Source: an uncultured Syntrophobacter sp. (lineage in GTDB: Bacteria; Desulfobacterota; Binatia; UBA9968). From it: a DNA stretch of 57,679 nucleotides. A program made the translations under genes and the position numbers. Of this stretch, positions 30,270 through 39,342 are shown one piece after another (position 1 is the first letter of the stretch; each line of letters starts with the position of its first letter). The stretch is taken from assembly GCA_964539925.1 (NCBI GenBank), contig CAZILB010000004.1, positions 1-57,679 of the forward strand. The letters are read 5' to 3'. The notes under the pieces are model-generated. The model did not search any database, had not been told where the DNA came from, and saw only the letters and a list, made by a program, of their open reading frames with translations.

Positions 30270-31607
30270 TCAGTCTAATCGAGGGGACCAGGTTGGATTT
30301 GTATCATCCCCCCCGGAACCTGTCAATCTTCTTTGGTTTTCTCCGCTCGCTTGCATGACGTAAAGATGGTATCTGCCGGCTCGATTGGATGAAAAAGCGA
30401 TGAAGCGACCATCCGGCGACCAGGTCGGGTCCTCGCTATCGAAAGCCTCCGCTGTAAGCTGGCGCGGGTCGCCGCCGTCGACTGGGATCGTAAAAATTAC
30501 AAACCGCCGGCCCACGCGCCCCGTGTAAGCGATCCGATCGCCTCTAGGCGACCACTCGGGAGTGGTATTGTACCCCCCGCTGTAAGTTAGGCGGCGGGAT
30601 TTTCCGTTATTCACGTCGAGGATGTACAGCTGCGGCGAACCGCTGCGATCGGAAACAAATACGATCTGTCTACCGTCGGGCGACCATGAGGGCGACACTT
30701 CAATACCCGAATCTTCGGTCAATCGCCGAATCACATTGCCACTGCGGCCGAGCAAGAACAGACTGGTATTGCCGGCGGTCTCGCGCGCCGCCACCACATG
30801 CTGGCCGTCCGGCGACAACTTCCCGCTGAGATATCGGCTCGCGCCCGGAGGATTGAATCGGGTCTCTTTGCCGCTGAAGAGCTCAAATAGATATAGCGTC
30901 TGATTGCCGTCCTTGAAAGAAGAGTAAAGTACGGAACGTCCGTCGGAACTCCACGAAGGCGAGAGATTGATCGTATTGTTGTTGGTCACCTGAAATTTCT
31001 CACTGCCGTCCAAATGCGACACGAAGATTTCTTTGAATCGCCCGCCGCTGTTGGACACGTAGGCAATGCGCGTGTTAAAGGCGCCGGGGACGCCGGTGAA
31101 CTGAAGGATGATTTCGTCGACGAACTTATGCGCGATGCGGCGAAAGTCCCGCACGCGGCCGGTATACCGCTTGCCGATCCGTTCCTTGTTCTGGAACACG
31201 TCGAAGAGCCTGAGCTCGACCGTGAGTTCGTCGCCTTGAACTGAAAATCCTCCCTTGACCAAGCCTTCGGCGCCGATGGTCGACCAGTTTCGAAAATCGA
31301 ATGTACCCAAGGTAATGCCGCTGGTTTGCGGATTCTCAATATAAGCCGCTCGGTCCAAAACTTGAAACCAGCCGGACAATTCCAGGTCATGCACCATGGC
31401 GTCGGCGATGCCGGTGGACAAGCGCGCCGACTCTGCAGTGCTCGCTCCCAAATTTCTTAGCGGCGAAACAGCAACCGGGAATTTTCGCCCCCCTTGCCCG
31501 ACAATTTCACCCGTAACCGCACCGCCGGCCCAGTCCGGCTGAAGCAGAAACAAGGTCCATGCTAGAAAAACCCCCTTGATCAACATCGCATTAAGCTCCC
31601 AAATCAC
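30270..31607 (-). CDS. tolB: Tol-Pal system beta-propeller protein
   Basis: 445-aa ORF with repeated SPSWSPDGR-type blades. Start may be the internal Met at 31586. Confidence 0.9.
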   Translation of the reverse strand: MIWELNAMLIKGVFLAWTLFLLQPDWAGGAVTGEIVGQGGRKFPVAVSPLRNLGASTAESARLSTGIADAMVHDLELSGWFQVLDRAAYIENPQTSGITLGTFDFRNWSTIGAEGLVKGGFSVQGDELTVELRLFDVFQNKERIGKRYTGRVRDFRRIAHKFVDEIILQFTGVPGAFNTRIAYVSNSGGRFKEIFVSHLDGSEKFQVTNNNTINLSPSWSSDGRSVLYSSFKDGNQTLYLFELFSGKETRFNPPGASRYLSGKLSPDGQHVVAARETAGNTSLFLLGRSGNVIRRLTEDSGIEVSPSWSPDGRQIVFVSDRSGSPQLYILDVNNGKSRRLTYSGGYNTTPEWSPRGDRIAYTGRVGRRFVIFTIPVDGGDPRQLTAEAFDSEDPTWSPDGRFIAFSSNRAGRYHLYVMQASGENQRRLTGSGGDDTNPTWSPRLD

Positions 31608-32511
31608 TCGGTCGAAAGGTCACCTCAACCTCGGCAAAATCACCGCGATACTCTGGCGGCGGCGCCGGCAAAGGATTGGATTTTTTCAGCGCGCGCAGCA
31701 CCGACTCGTCAAAGGACGGATCCCCGGACGGTTTGACGATCTTCAACCCGGCGATTTCACCGTTCTCTTTAACCCCGAAATGCACCACGACGCTCAAATT
31801 GCTGCGCTGCCCAGCCCACGCCCAATTTTCTTTGATCGTATGAAGCATGCGATTTCGGTAGATGATGAAGTCAATCCCCTTGACGACGCCGGGACCGCCG
31901 CGCCCCCCGGGGCCGATCGCCGCCGCGCCTTCGCCTTCTCCGGAACCGGCGCTAAACGCTTCCCTTTTAGACATGTTTTCTCCGCCAGCGGGTCGCGATT
32001 TCGCCCGCTCCACCGCGGAATGGAGCAAGCGCTCGCGCACGCTGTCGGCGGAAGCCGGCTGAACCGCGGCCACCTCTTCGGTCGCTTGCGTCGTCACCGG
32101 ATCCGCCTTGGCCGGGACCGTCTTGGCCGGCTCCGCCTTGGGTTTTTCTTGCAGCGCAATTTTTTTCTCCTCCGGGGCGGGTTTTGCCTCTTTCTTCAAC
32201 GGCTTGGGGTCAGGGACGGCAATTGCAGGCTTGGCCGCGGCAACCGGCGGCGCTGCTTTCGGCGCCGGGGTCAACTCGGTACCAAAATTAGCCCTGCCAA
32301 TTCTTTCGCCGCCGACTAAATCGACGGTATAAGCCTGCTGAATCGGTTCTTTGCGGGACGGAAGAAAGGGCGCAAGAAACAGGGCCGCGATCAATGCCCC
32401 ATGCAACACCAAGGAAAGTGTAAGCCATTTCGGCAGGGGCTCGCCGGCGCCTGAAACCGGCAACGGCCGCTCGCTCAAACTGATCGTCGGCGAAGGGGTC
32501 GATTGAGCCAT
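31591..32511 (-). CDS. tolA: TolA / TonB-family energy-transducer protein
   Basis: 306-aa ORF with an N-terminal TM anchor, a Pro/Ala/Lys-rich linker and a TonB_C-like C-terminal domain. Its position between tolR and tolB supports the call. Confidence 0.7.
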   Translation of the reverse strand: MAQSTPSPTISLSERPLPVSGAGEPLPKWLTLSLVLHGALIAALFLAPFLPSRKEPIQQAYTVDLVGGERIGRANFGTELTPAPKAAPPVAAAKPAIAVPDPKPLKKEAKPAPEEKKIALQEKPKAEPAKTVPAKADPVTTQATEEVAAVQPASADSVRERLLHSAVERAKSRPAGGENMSKREAFSAGSGEGEGAAAIGPGGRGGPGVVKGIDFIIYRNRMLHTIKENWAWAGQRSNLSVVVHFGVKENGEIAGLKIVKPSGDPSFDESVLRALKKSNPLPAPPPEYRGDFAEVEVTFRPSDLGA

Positions 32512-32523
32512 AGATCGCGACTC

Positions 32524-32955
32524 CTAATCGGATGGGGGTCGAGTCACCATGCCGAGTCTTTCGATCCCGGCCTGCTTGATCGCCGCGATGATTTTCATCA
32601 CCTCGCCGTAGCGCACATCTTGATCGGCACGCAAATAGACCTGCTTATCGGCCTGGAGTTTCTTTATTGCGGCTAGTTTTGCGCCGAGCTCCGCCGGCGT
32701 CATAGCGTTGTCATTCAAATAGACCTTGCCGTCCTTGGCCACGGATACCACAAGAAATTCTTCCGAGCCCGGAATAGCGCTACTCCTGGTTTGCGGCAAA
32801 TTGACCTGCACTCCCTGTTGGATGATCGGTGCCGTGACCATAAAGATCACGAGCAACACCAACATCACGTCCACCAGCGGCGTCACGTTAATTTGCGAGA
32901 TCGTAGTACTGTCGCGCTGCGACGAGGCATCCATGGCCATAAACACCTCAACCAA
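32524..32955 (-). CDS. tolR: ExbD/TolR-family biopolymer transport protein
   Basis: 143-aa ORF with INVTPLVDVMLVLLVIFMV. The likely true start is ATG 32940, with a GAGGTG upstream. Confidence 0.85.
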   Translation of the reverse strand: MVEVFMAMDASSQRDSTTISQINVTPLVDVMLVLLVIFMVTAPIIQQGVQVNLPQTRSSAIPGSEEFLVVSVAKDGKVYLNDNAMTPAELGAKLAAIKKLQADKQVYLRADQDVRYGEVMKIIAAIKQAGIERLGMVTRPPSD

Positions 32956-33109
32956 AAATTCCGGGCTGGGTTAGAACACACCGACGCTGATTCATCGGGA
33001 GCTGGCCGTCTCATTCGTCTTGATCAAGCGCTCCAACCGCCTTTCCTACGCTCGCCTCTTCATAACTCCGCAAGTATGGCGGCTCGGTTAATTATACTCT
33101 TATATTTTC

Positions 33110-33850
33110 CTACTTGAAGAAGTGACGCTCCGCGATGTTGAGAAATTCTTGGGAGAAGTTGTCCATCTCCACCGCCAGCACTTTGATCTGATGAACAAAA
33201 TGATTATACGCGATCAACGCGGGAATCGCCGCCGCCAATCCGACCGCGGTGGCGACCAAAGCCTCGGCGATGCCGGGCGCAACCGCCTGAATACTGGAAG
33301 AATGGGTCACGCTCAGACCGCGAAATGCGTTCATGATGCCCCACACCGTGCCAAATAGACCGACAAATGGCGAGGAACTTGCCACGGTGGCGAGGAAAGA
33401 ACTGTATTTTTCCAATTTTGTGATCTCGACGCTCGTCGCGCGCTTCATCGCGCGCGAAACATTGTCGGCGCCGGTCAATTCGGTAGTCAGAGTCTCGCCC
33501 GGCGAAGACTCCTTTTTCGAACGGGTAACCCGCACCAGCTCCTCATACCCCGAACGAAACACCTGGGCCACCGGGCTCGCGGTCAACTCGCGGCTGGCAT
33601 CGTGGATCGATGATAAATTGCGGCGTTCCCAGAAAATTTCGATGAATTTTGTCGATTCGCTCTTGGCCCGCCGGATTTGACGATATTTCTGGGCGATGAT
33701 GCCCCAACTCACCACCGAAAACAGGATGAGCAGGTAAAGCACCGACTGGACCACAGGACCCGCGCCGAGAACAAGCTCGATAATGCTGTGTTCCTGCGGC
33801 GCCGTCAGTCCATCTTGGACCAGTAATTGAAGCGGCCAGAGATATGACAT
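33110..33850 (-). CDS. tolQ: MotA/TolQ/ExbB proton-channel protein
   Basis: 246-aa ORF with three TM segments and a ...PFVGLFGTVWGIMNAF... motif. Confidence 0.9.
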   Translation of the reverse strand: MSYLWPLQLLVQDGLTAPQEHSIIELVLGAGPVVQSVLYLLILFSVVSWGIIAQKYRQIRRAKSESTKFIEIFWERRNLSSIHDASRELTASPVAQVFRSGYEELVRVTRSKKESSPGETLTTELTGADNVSRAMKRATSVEITKLEKYSSFLATVASSSPFVGLFGTVWGIMNAFRGLSVTHSSSIQAVAPGIAEALVATAVGLAAAIPALIAYNHFVHQIKVLAVEMDNFSQEFLNIAERHFFK

Positions 33851-33958
33851 TATGGGTGTTAGCGCAGCTCATTGAAAAAGTATTACAAGGTCTGTAATTA
33901 GTCAATTCATGAGGCAAATTTTGTCGCTTGGGCGCACGGAAATTAAGAGGGCGCGGCC
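33851..33958. promoter_or_regulatory. AT-rich divergent promoter region (tolQ to the left, pgk to the right)
   Basis: 108-nt AT-rich spacer between divergently oriented tolQ and pgk. Several weak hexamers are present (for example TTGAAA ... TAATTA). No single promoter can be fixed by eye. Confidence 0.4.
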
Positions 33959-35137
33959 ATGATTCGTAAACTCGCCGAAGTAAATCTTCAGGGTAAAACC
34001 GTTTTTCTGCGCGTCGATTTTAACGTGCCCATCGATCAAGGCCGGATCGCTGAAACACACCGAATTGACAGCGCTCTGCCGACGGTCGAGCTTATCTTGA
34101 GGCAGGCAAACAAGGTCGTGATCGCCTCTCATCTCGGTCGCCCTGACGGGAAAACCGTCGCCAAATATAGCCTCGCACCCGTGCGGGGTTACCTCGAAGA
34201 GAAGCTCCGCCTCCCGGTAGTCATGGCGCCCGACTGCATCGGCGCCGCAGCCGAAAGTGTTGTACGGGACGAAAGGTACCGGGTGATTTTGCTGGAGAAC
34301 CTGCGTTTTCACAAGGAGGAAGAAGCGAACGAAGCGACCTTTGCGCGCGCTTTGGCGGCGCATGCCGATGTCTATGTCAATGACGCGTTTGGCGCGGCGC
34401 ATCGCGCCCACGCCTCGATCTCCGCCATGGCGGCGTTTTTTGCAACGAAAGCCGCCGGCCTGTTGCTGCAGAAAGAGCTGGATTATTTGACGCCGATCCT
34501 CACCAACCCGGCGAAACCTTTCGTCGCCATTCTCGGCGGTGCAAAAGTGTCCGATAAGATCGGCGTGATCAGAAATCTTTTGCCAAAGGTCAGCGCGCTG
34601 TTGATCGGCGGCGCCATGGCTTATACGTTTCTCAAAAGCCGCGGTTTGGAGGTAGGCCGGTCTCTGGTCGAGGAAAACAAATTGACTCTGGCCGCAACAT
34701 TGATCCAAGAAGCGGCCGCCCACGGCGTGGAACTATTGCTGCCCATCGACCACATTACCGGCGACGCGGATAGGAAAAATCCTGCCGTGTGCGATGAACA
34801 AATCCCCCACCACCGCATGGGCCTTGATATCGGTCCGAACACCGCAAGCCGTTTCACCGAGGAAATTAAAAAAGCCAAGATGGTTCTGTGGAACGGACCC
34901 GTCGGGCTATTTGAAGTTCCGCCTTACGATCAAGGCGGCCGCGCTTTAGCCCAAACATTGGCGGATCATTTTCCCGAATTGACGAGTATCATCGCCGGCG
35001 GAGACACCGTCGCCGCCATAAACGCCGCAGGGGTGCAGGCCAGGATTACCCACCTTTCCACTGGCGGCGGCGCCACCCTCGAGTTTCTCGAAGGCAAAGA
35101 GCTGCCGGGCCTGAAGGCGTTGCAGGAAGCGTCATGA
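33959..35137 (+). CDS. pgk: phosphoglycerate kinase
   Basis: 392-aa ORF with RVDFNVPI, LGGAKVSDKI and STGGGATLEFLEGK. Confidence 0.95.
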   Translation: MIRKLAEVNLQGKTVFLRVDFNVPIDQGRIAETHRIDSALPTVELILRQANKVVIASHLGRPDGKTVAKYSLAPVRGYLEEKLRLPVVMAPDCIGAAAESVVRDERYRVILLENLRFHKEEEANEATFARALAAHADVYVNDAFGAAHRAHASISAMAAFFATKAAGLLLQKELDYLTPILTNPAKPFVAILGGAKVSDKIGVIRNLLPKVSALLIGGAMAYTFLKSRGLEVGRSLVEENKLTLAATLIQEAAAHGVELLLPIDHITGDADRKNPAVCDEQIPHHRMGLDIGPNTASRFTEEIKKAKMVLWNGPVGLFEVPPYDQGGRALAQTLADHFPELTSIIAGGDTVAAINAAGVQARITHLSTGGGATLEFLEGKELPGLKALQEAS

Positions 35138-35892
35138 AAGTTCCACTGGTGGTCGGCAACTGGAAAATGCACGGTAATCTGGCGGAGTGCCGCGCGTTGG
35201 CTCGCGCCGTCGTTCGGGGCATTAAAAAAAGGCCCTGCCGCGCTACGGTAGTCCTGGCGCCTCCTTACACCGCCCTCACCGTGGTCGATCGGGCGATTCG
35301 CGGCAACCGAGTCAAATTGGCGGCGCAAAACTGCCACTGGCAGGAAAGAGGCGCATTCACGGGCGAACTCAGTCCGGGTATGCTTAGAGAGGTCGGTTGT
35401 GAGTTCGTCATATTGGGCCACTCCGAACGACGACATGTTTTCGGCGAGAGAGACGACGAAATCGCACGCAAAGTCGGCGCCGCCCTGGCGGCCGGCCTGC
35501 GCGCCATCCTATGCGTCGGTGAAACCCTTGAAGAACGCCGGCGCGGCGCGACGGCCGCGGTGATCGCCCGCCAGCTCCGTCGCGCGTTGAAGGGCATTGC
35601 CAAAGATGCTATAGAGGGAGTCGAAATTGCTTACGAGCCGGTTTGGGCCATAGGCACGGGACAGAACGCCGCGGCAAGTCAAGTGCATCAAGTTCATCGG
35701 CGCATCCGAAAAATTGTGACTGACTTGGTTGGTGCCGCAAAAGGCAGGCAAGTTCGGGTTTTGTACGGCGGCAGCGTCAAGCCTGAGAATATTGCGGAGC
35801 TGGCTGCGTTGGACGAAGTGGATGGAGTGCTCGTCGGCGGCGCAAGCTTGCAAGCGGAAACTTTTTTGCCCATTATCGGAGCATTTAACTGA
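35134..35892 (+). CDS. tpiA: triosephosphate isomerase
   Basis: 252-aa ORF with VVGNWKMHG, ILGHSERR and AYEPVWAIGTG. ATGA overlap with pgk. Confidence 0.95.
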   Translation: MKVPLVVGNWKMHGNLAECRALARAVVRGIKKRPCRATVVLAPPYTALTVVDRAIRGNRVKLAAQNCHWQERGAFTGELSPGMLREVGCEFVILGHSERRHVFGERDDEIARKVGAALAAGLRAILCVGETLEERRRGATAAVIARQLRRALKGIAKDAIEGVEIAYEPVWAIGTGQNAAASQVHQVHRRIRKIVTDLVGAAKGRQVRVLYGGSVKPENIAELAALDEVDGVLVGGASLQAETFLPIIGAFN

Positions 35893-35901
35893 GTATCTTG
35901 C

Positions 35902-36234
35902 ATGGTCATTGCGGTCACTATCATTCACATCCTGGTCAGTATCGGATTGATTCTGGTCGTGCTGCTCCAGACCGGCAAAGGCGCTGAAGTCGGGGCAGTC
36001 TTCGGCGGGTCGAGCTCGACTATATTTGGCAGCAGCGGCGCCGGCAGTTTTTTGACGCGCCTGACCACCGGGATGGCTATTGTGTTCATGATCACATCCC
36101 TGACACTAGGTTATTTCGCGGGAAAAACCCCGACCGCGACGATTTTCGATCGACAGACCCCCGTGGAGGCGCCGCGCGGTCAACAGCCGCAGCCTGTCCC
36201 TGATCAGCAGCCAGGCGCACCGCCAGCGCCTTGA
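35902..36234 (+). CDS. secG: preprotein translocase subunit SecG
   Basis: 110-aa ORF with two TM helices, LLQTGKGAEVGAVFGG and a Pro/Gln-rich tail. Confidence 0.85.
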   Translation: MVIAVTIIHILVSIGLILVVLLQTGKGAEVGAVFGGSSSTIFGSSGAGSFLTRLTTGMAIVFMITSLTLGYFAGKTPTATIFDRQTPVEAPRGQQPQPVPDQQPGAPPAP

Positions 36235-36280
36235 GCGCCGGATACCAATCCAGCAGCAAAATTGCGGGCGGTTAGCAAAA

Positions 36281-36367
36281 GCGAGGGTGGCGGAATCGGC
36301 AGACGCGCTAGTTTGAGGGGCTAGTGCCGGAAACGGCGTGCGGGTTCAAATCCCGCTCCTCGCACCA
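36281..36367 (+). tRNA. tRNA-Leu (anticodon GAG), CCA encoded
   Basis: Hand-folded 87-nt cloverleaf. Acceptor stem is GCGAGGG/TCCTCGC. Anticodon stem is CTAGT/GCTAG with loop TTGAGGG (GAG). There is a long variable arm (TGCCGGAAACGGCG), a T arm GCGGG-TTCAAAT-CCCGC and a 3' ACCA. The secG-tRNA-Leu(GAG) arrangement matches E. coli secG-leuU. Confidence 0.9.
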
Positions 36368-36703
36368 ATCCGATTCGTTCTCCGATATATTCAACCTGCT
36401 CTCATCGACCGCTTGGCACAACTTCAAAACTCGACTTGCTGCCTCCTGCCGGTGGCCCACGGCCGCACCGTACCGAGGTTACAATCCTGTTACTCGCGGT
36501 CCTAATTTGGCAACAAAATCATTTGTCGGAGGCTATGCCATTTTTGTCATCATGAGTTCGCAAATGTCGAGTTTTGTCTGAAATCGCTCCACGCAAAGTT
36601 CCACAAAAAGACCGGAAAGTACCGCATTTGACTCATTTACGGGCCGCGTAGCCGATGGCATATCGCTTGCTCTATCCTGGTATCGATTAGGAGCATCAAA
36701 ATC

Positions 36704-36907
36704 ATGAAACGAACCGATAGCGCAATCAAACTATTGACCCTCGCCGAGGCCGCCAGTATTTTGAAAATCTCCAAGCGAACTCTCCACCGCATGATCCAAA
36801 ATCGCCAGATCCCCGCTTTCAAAGTCGGCGGGCAGTGGCGAATTCTTGAAAGCCGTTTTCAGGAGTGGGTGCAAGAGGAGGAAAACATCACCCCCAAGGC
36901 AAGTTAA
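36704..36907 (+). CDS. excisionase-family (HTH_17 / MerR-like) DNA-binding protein
   Basis: 67-aa ORF with ...LLTLAEAASILKISKRTLHRMIQNRQIPAFKVGGQWRILESRFQEWV, the typical excisionase-family HTH followed by the GG-W-R wing. TAGGAG SD. No integrase nearby. Confidence 0.7.
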   Translation: MKRTDSAIKLLTLAEAASILKISKRTLHRMIQNRQIPAFKVGGQWRILESRFQEWVQEEENITPKAS

Positions 36908-37228
36908 GCCGCCGAACCGGACTTTCGCACGCCCAAAGGACCCAACCGACCGAAAATTCCCATGCCGAACGATCGGCCTCAGATGGTGGCGTTTTCTCTC
37001 CCGGGACGCCAAAAACCCCCTGATGTTGACAAATACTTCAACCACTGCCCTGAAAGCTCTAAACAACCGCTTATCCCCAAGCTTCCAGACTTTGGATCTT
37101 GATCCTACCCCCCGAGCGGCGCGTTGAGCGCCGCGACCGTCCGCAAGACAGCCGCTGTGATTCTTCACCTGCGGCTCATCACCGCCAAAGCGCGGCAGAA
37201 TCTCCCAGCTTGTTTTGAGTTTGTCAGC

Positions 37229-38710
37229 TCAGCGGGGGTTTTTCGAGTCCGGTTTGCTGAAACCATAGGATTGCCAACTTTTCAGAACCCGTTCTTGAAT
37301 CTCCGGCGGCCACAAGTTCTCGAAAGTTGCTTTCACCGGAATGCTATCCTCAGGCCAATCCTTGGGCCAGGTGCAATCGAAGATCACCCCAGCCGCGTCA
37401 CCGATGAGCCGCTCCCTGGGCGGCAAAAAGGGGAGCAACACGGGAAACCCGGGAATATGCGGCACCTGGTGAATATCGTTTACCGGATGGCACTTGGTTG
37501 TGATCGCGTGCAGCACCTCATCCATGTTGGTGGGATCCACGTCCGGCTCAACGATGACAATATAATAAGTAAACAGCCCGGGCTTGGTCGCCCAGACCGC
37601 ATGGGCCACGCGGCGCGCAAAGTTGACAAAGGGAATTTCCGTGGACACGACGCACATATGGCCGACGCCGAAAGGCGGACAAAACACGTTCTTTACAGGC
37701 AAGCCGAGACGGCGCAGCTCGGCATAAATTTCCGCGCCCTTGATCAAGGCGGTCGCCGTTTGACCCTCATGCACCGGCATGCCCATGTTGGAAAACGGCA
37801 AGATCGGATCATTGCGATAGGTGATCGCCTTGATTTTGAGAATTGGTTTGGGCGACGACTTCCCCGCCTCGTAGCCCATGTACTCGCCGAATGGCCCTTC
37901 GACTCTGCGCTCGTGCGGCAGCACTTCGCCTTCGATGACGATCTCCGCCGAGGCCGGCACCTCCAAATCTACCGTTTCGCATTTAATCAACGGGATCGGC
38001 GCGTTCTGCAACGCCCCGGCAACATCGACTTCGTTCACGTAAGGCGGCAGCATCACACAACTGACCAGCGGAATAACCGGCTGGCCGCCGATTGCGACGG
38101 CCACCGGCATCGGCTTATTCATGGCTTCGTATTTTTGATACATCTGGCCAATATGCTGCTGCATCGGAAACAGACAGCCGAGAGTGTCGCGGTCGTGAAC
38201 CATCAAGCGGTACATGCCCCAGTTCACCCACGAACTGTCGGGGTCTTTGGTAATTACCGTGTGCCAGGTACCGATGTAGCGCCCGCCGTCGCCCCCGTGG
38301 ATCAGCGGAATAGGAAATTTTAGCACGTCCACAGCGTCGCCGATGTCGATGTTCTCCTTACAAGGGCCTGACTTCACGCTTACCGGCGGAATCGGTTTTT
38401 GCTTGCGCTCAAGATAGGCGGCCATGATCTCCTTCGCCGTCGATGTCGGCGCCATGTGCATGGCCAAGGCGGTGCGCGCGAACAGGCCATGCCCCGGATG
38501 CTTGCTGGTCCCGAGCGGGCCGCCCAACGCGCGAAAGCCTTTGGGGTAACCTTTAACGTTCTCGAACAGTGCAGCAGGCGCGCCGAGATCGTAAACCCGC
38601 CGGGTGATCGCCCCCATTTCCAAATTCCAATCAACTTCGCTCTGGATTCGCTGCACTTCTTGATATTCGTCGAGTATTTCGAGGTAATCTCTCAAATCGT
38701 CGATTTCCAT
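37229..38710 (-). CDS. UbiD-family (prFMN-dependent) reversible decarboxylase
   Basis: ORF 37229..38731 with ...DDLRDYLEILDEYQEVQRIQSEVDWNLEMGAITRRV... and the full UbiD architecture by length. Start set at ATG 38710 (AAGGAG SD 7 nt upstream); the track start is GTG. Confidence 0.9.
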   Translation of the reverse strand: MEIDDLRDYLEILDEYQEVQRIQSEVDWNLEMGAITRRVYDLGAPAALFENVKGYPKGFRALGGPLGTSKHPGHGLFARTALAMHMAPTSTAKEIMAAYLERKQKPIPPVSVKSGPCKENIDIGDAVDVLKFPIPLIHGGDGGRYIGTWHTVITKDPDSSWVNWGMYRLMVHDRDTLGCLFPMQQHIGQMYQKYEAMNKPMPVAVAIGGQPVIPLVSCVMLPPYVNEVDVAGALQNAPIPLIKCETVDLEVPASAEIVIEGEVLPHERRVEGPFGEYMGYEAGKSSPKPILKIKAITYRNDPILPFSNMGMPVHEGQTATALIKGAEIYAELRRLGLPVKNVFCPPFGVGHMCVVSTEIPFVNFARRVAHAVWATKPGLFTYYIVIVEPDVDPTNMDEVLHAITTKCHPVNDIHQVPHIPGFPVLLPFLPPRERLIGDAAGVIFDCTWPKDWPEDSIPVKATFENLWPPEIQERVLKSWQSYGFSKPDSKNPR

Positions 38711-38872
38711 GAATGATCTCCTTGTCGGCACCGCGGGAAAGCTAGCGGCGCCGGTTCACGATCCATCGCGACCAATCGTTAATGTGTTAAATAATTTATA
38801 CCAGAGTTGCCGACGGTAACGCAAAACCGCTGGCCGCAGGCTCCCAACTATGCTTCTGGACTGAGAATCTAC

Positions 38873-38902
38873 TAGACAAGACCGGGAAAAGTGATTTATA
38901 CT
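38873..38902 (+). promoter_or_regulatory. possible promoter of the bactofilin gene
   Basis: TAGACA (38873..38878), an 18-nt spacer, then TATACT (38897..38902), about 26 nt before ATG 38929. Confidence 0.35.
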
Positions 38903-38928
38903 CGGGCCTTATTTGGAAGGGAGAAATC

Positions 38929-39342
38929 ATGGCAGAAACAAACCGACCCAGCGGCCTGCCGGCGGATGTCGGGGCTTATCTCGGACCCGGCACGAAGATC
39001 AATGGAAAACTGCACTTCGATGGCCAAGCCACCATAGACGGCGAAGTGGAAGGCGAAATTATCGCCCAAGCCCATGTAACCGTCGGCGCGCAAGCCGTCG
39101 TCAAAGGCAAGATGACCGCCGCCTCAATTCTGGTTCAGGGCAAAGTGATGGCCGATGTCGTGGCCGAGAAAAAACTCGAAGTTCAACCGCCGGGATCGGT
39201 TGTCGGCGATGTCACTACGCAGAGCCTAGTGATCGGCGACGGCGCGGTACTCGAAGGCCATGTGTCGATGAAAAAGAACGAAGGCCGAGTGCTGCCGTTG
39301 CGCCAGGAAACAAAAAAAGAAGGCGCCTCCTCGGCCCCTTAA
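38929..39342 (+). CDS. bactofilin (DUF583, polymer-forming cytoskeletal) family protein
   Basis: 137-aa ORF with beta-helical repeats (...INGKLHFDGQATIDGEVEGEIIAQAHVTVGAQAVVKGKM...VVGDVTTQSLVIGDGAVLEG). Its TAA stop shares a palindromic TTAA (39339..39342) with the convergent gene. Confidence 0.85.
   Translation: MAETNRPSGLPADVGAYLGPGTKINGKLHFDGQATIDGEVEGEIIAQAHVTVGAQAVVKGKMTAASILVQGKVMADVVAEKKLEVQPPGSVVGDVTTQSLVIGDGAVLEGHVSMKKNEGRVLPLRQETKKEGASSAP

Noticed and set aside
36527-36640. Second TGA-containing small ORF (MPFLSS-TGA-VRKCRVLSEIAPRK...) as another selenoprotein candidate
   Set aside because: GGAGG sits only 2 nt from the ATG. There is no thioredoxin-like or other redox motif context and no coding-like composition. 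The region is AT-rich and looks non-coding.
38753-38774. Possible degenerate attR: GGTTCACGATCCATCGCGACCA resembles the tRNA-Leu 3' end GGTTCAAATCCCGCTCCTCGCACCA
   Set aside because: The match needs several gaps and mismatches (about 18 matched positions), which could arise by chance in GC-rich DNA. No integrase is present. It is worth an alignment check but is not callable as an att site.
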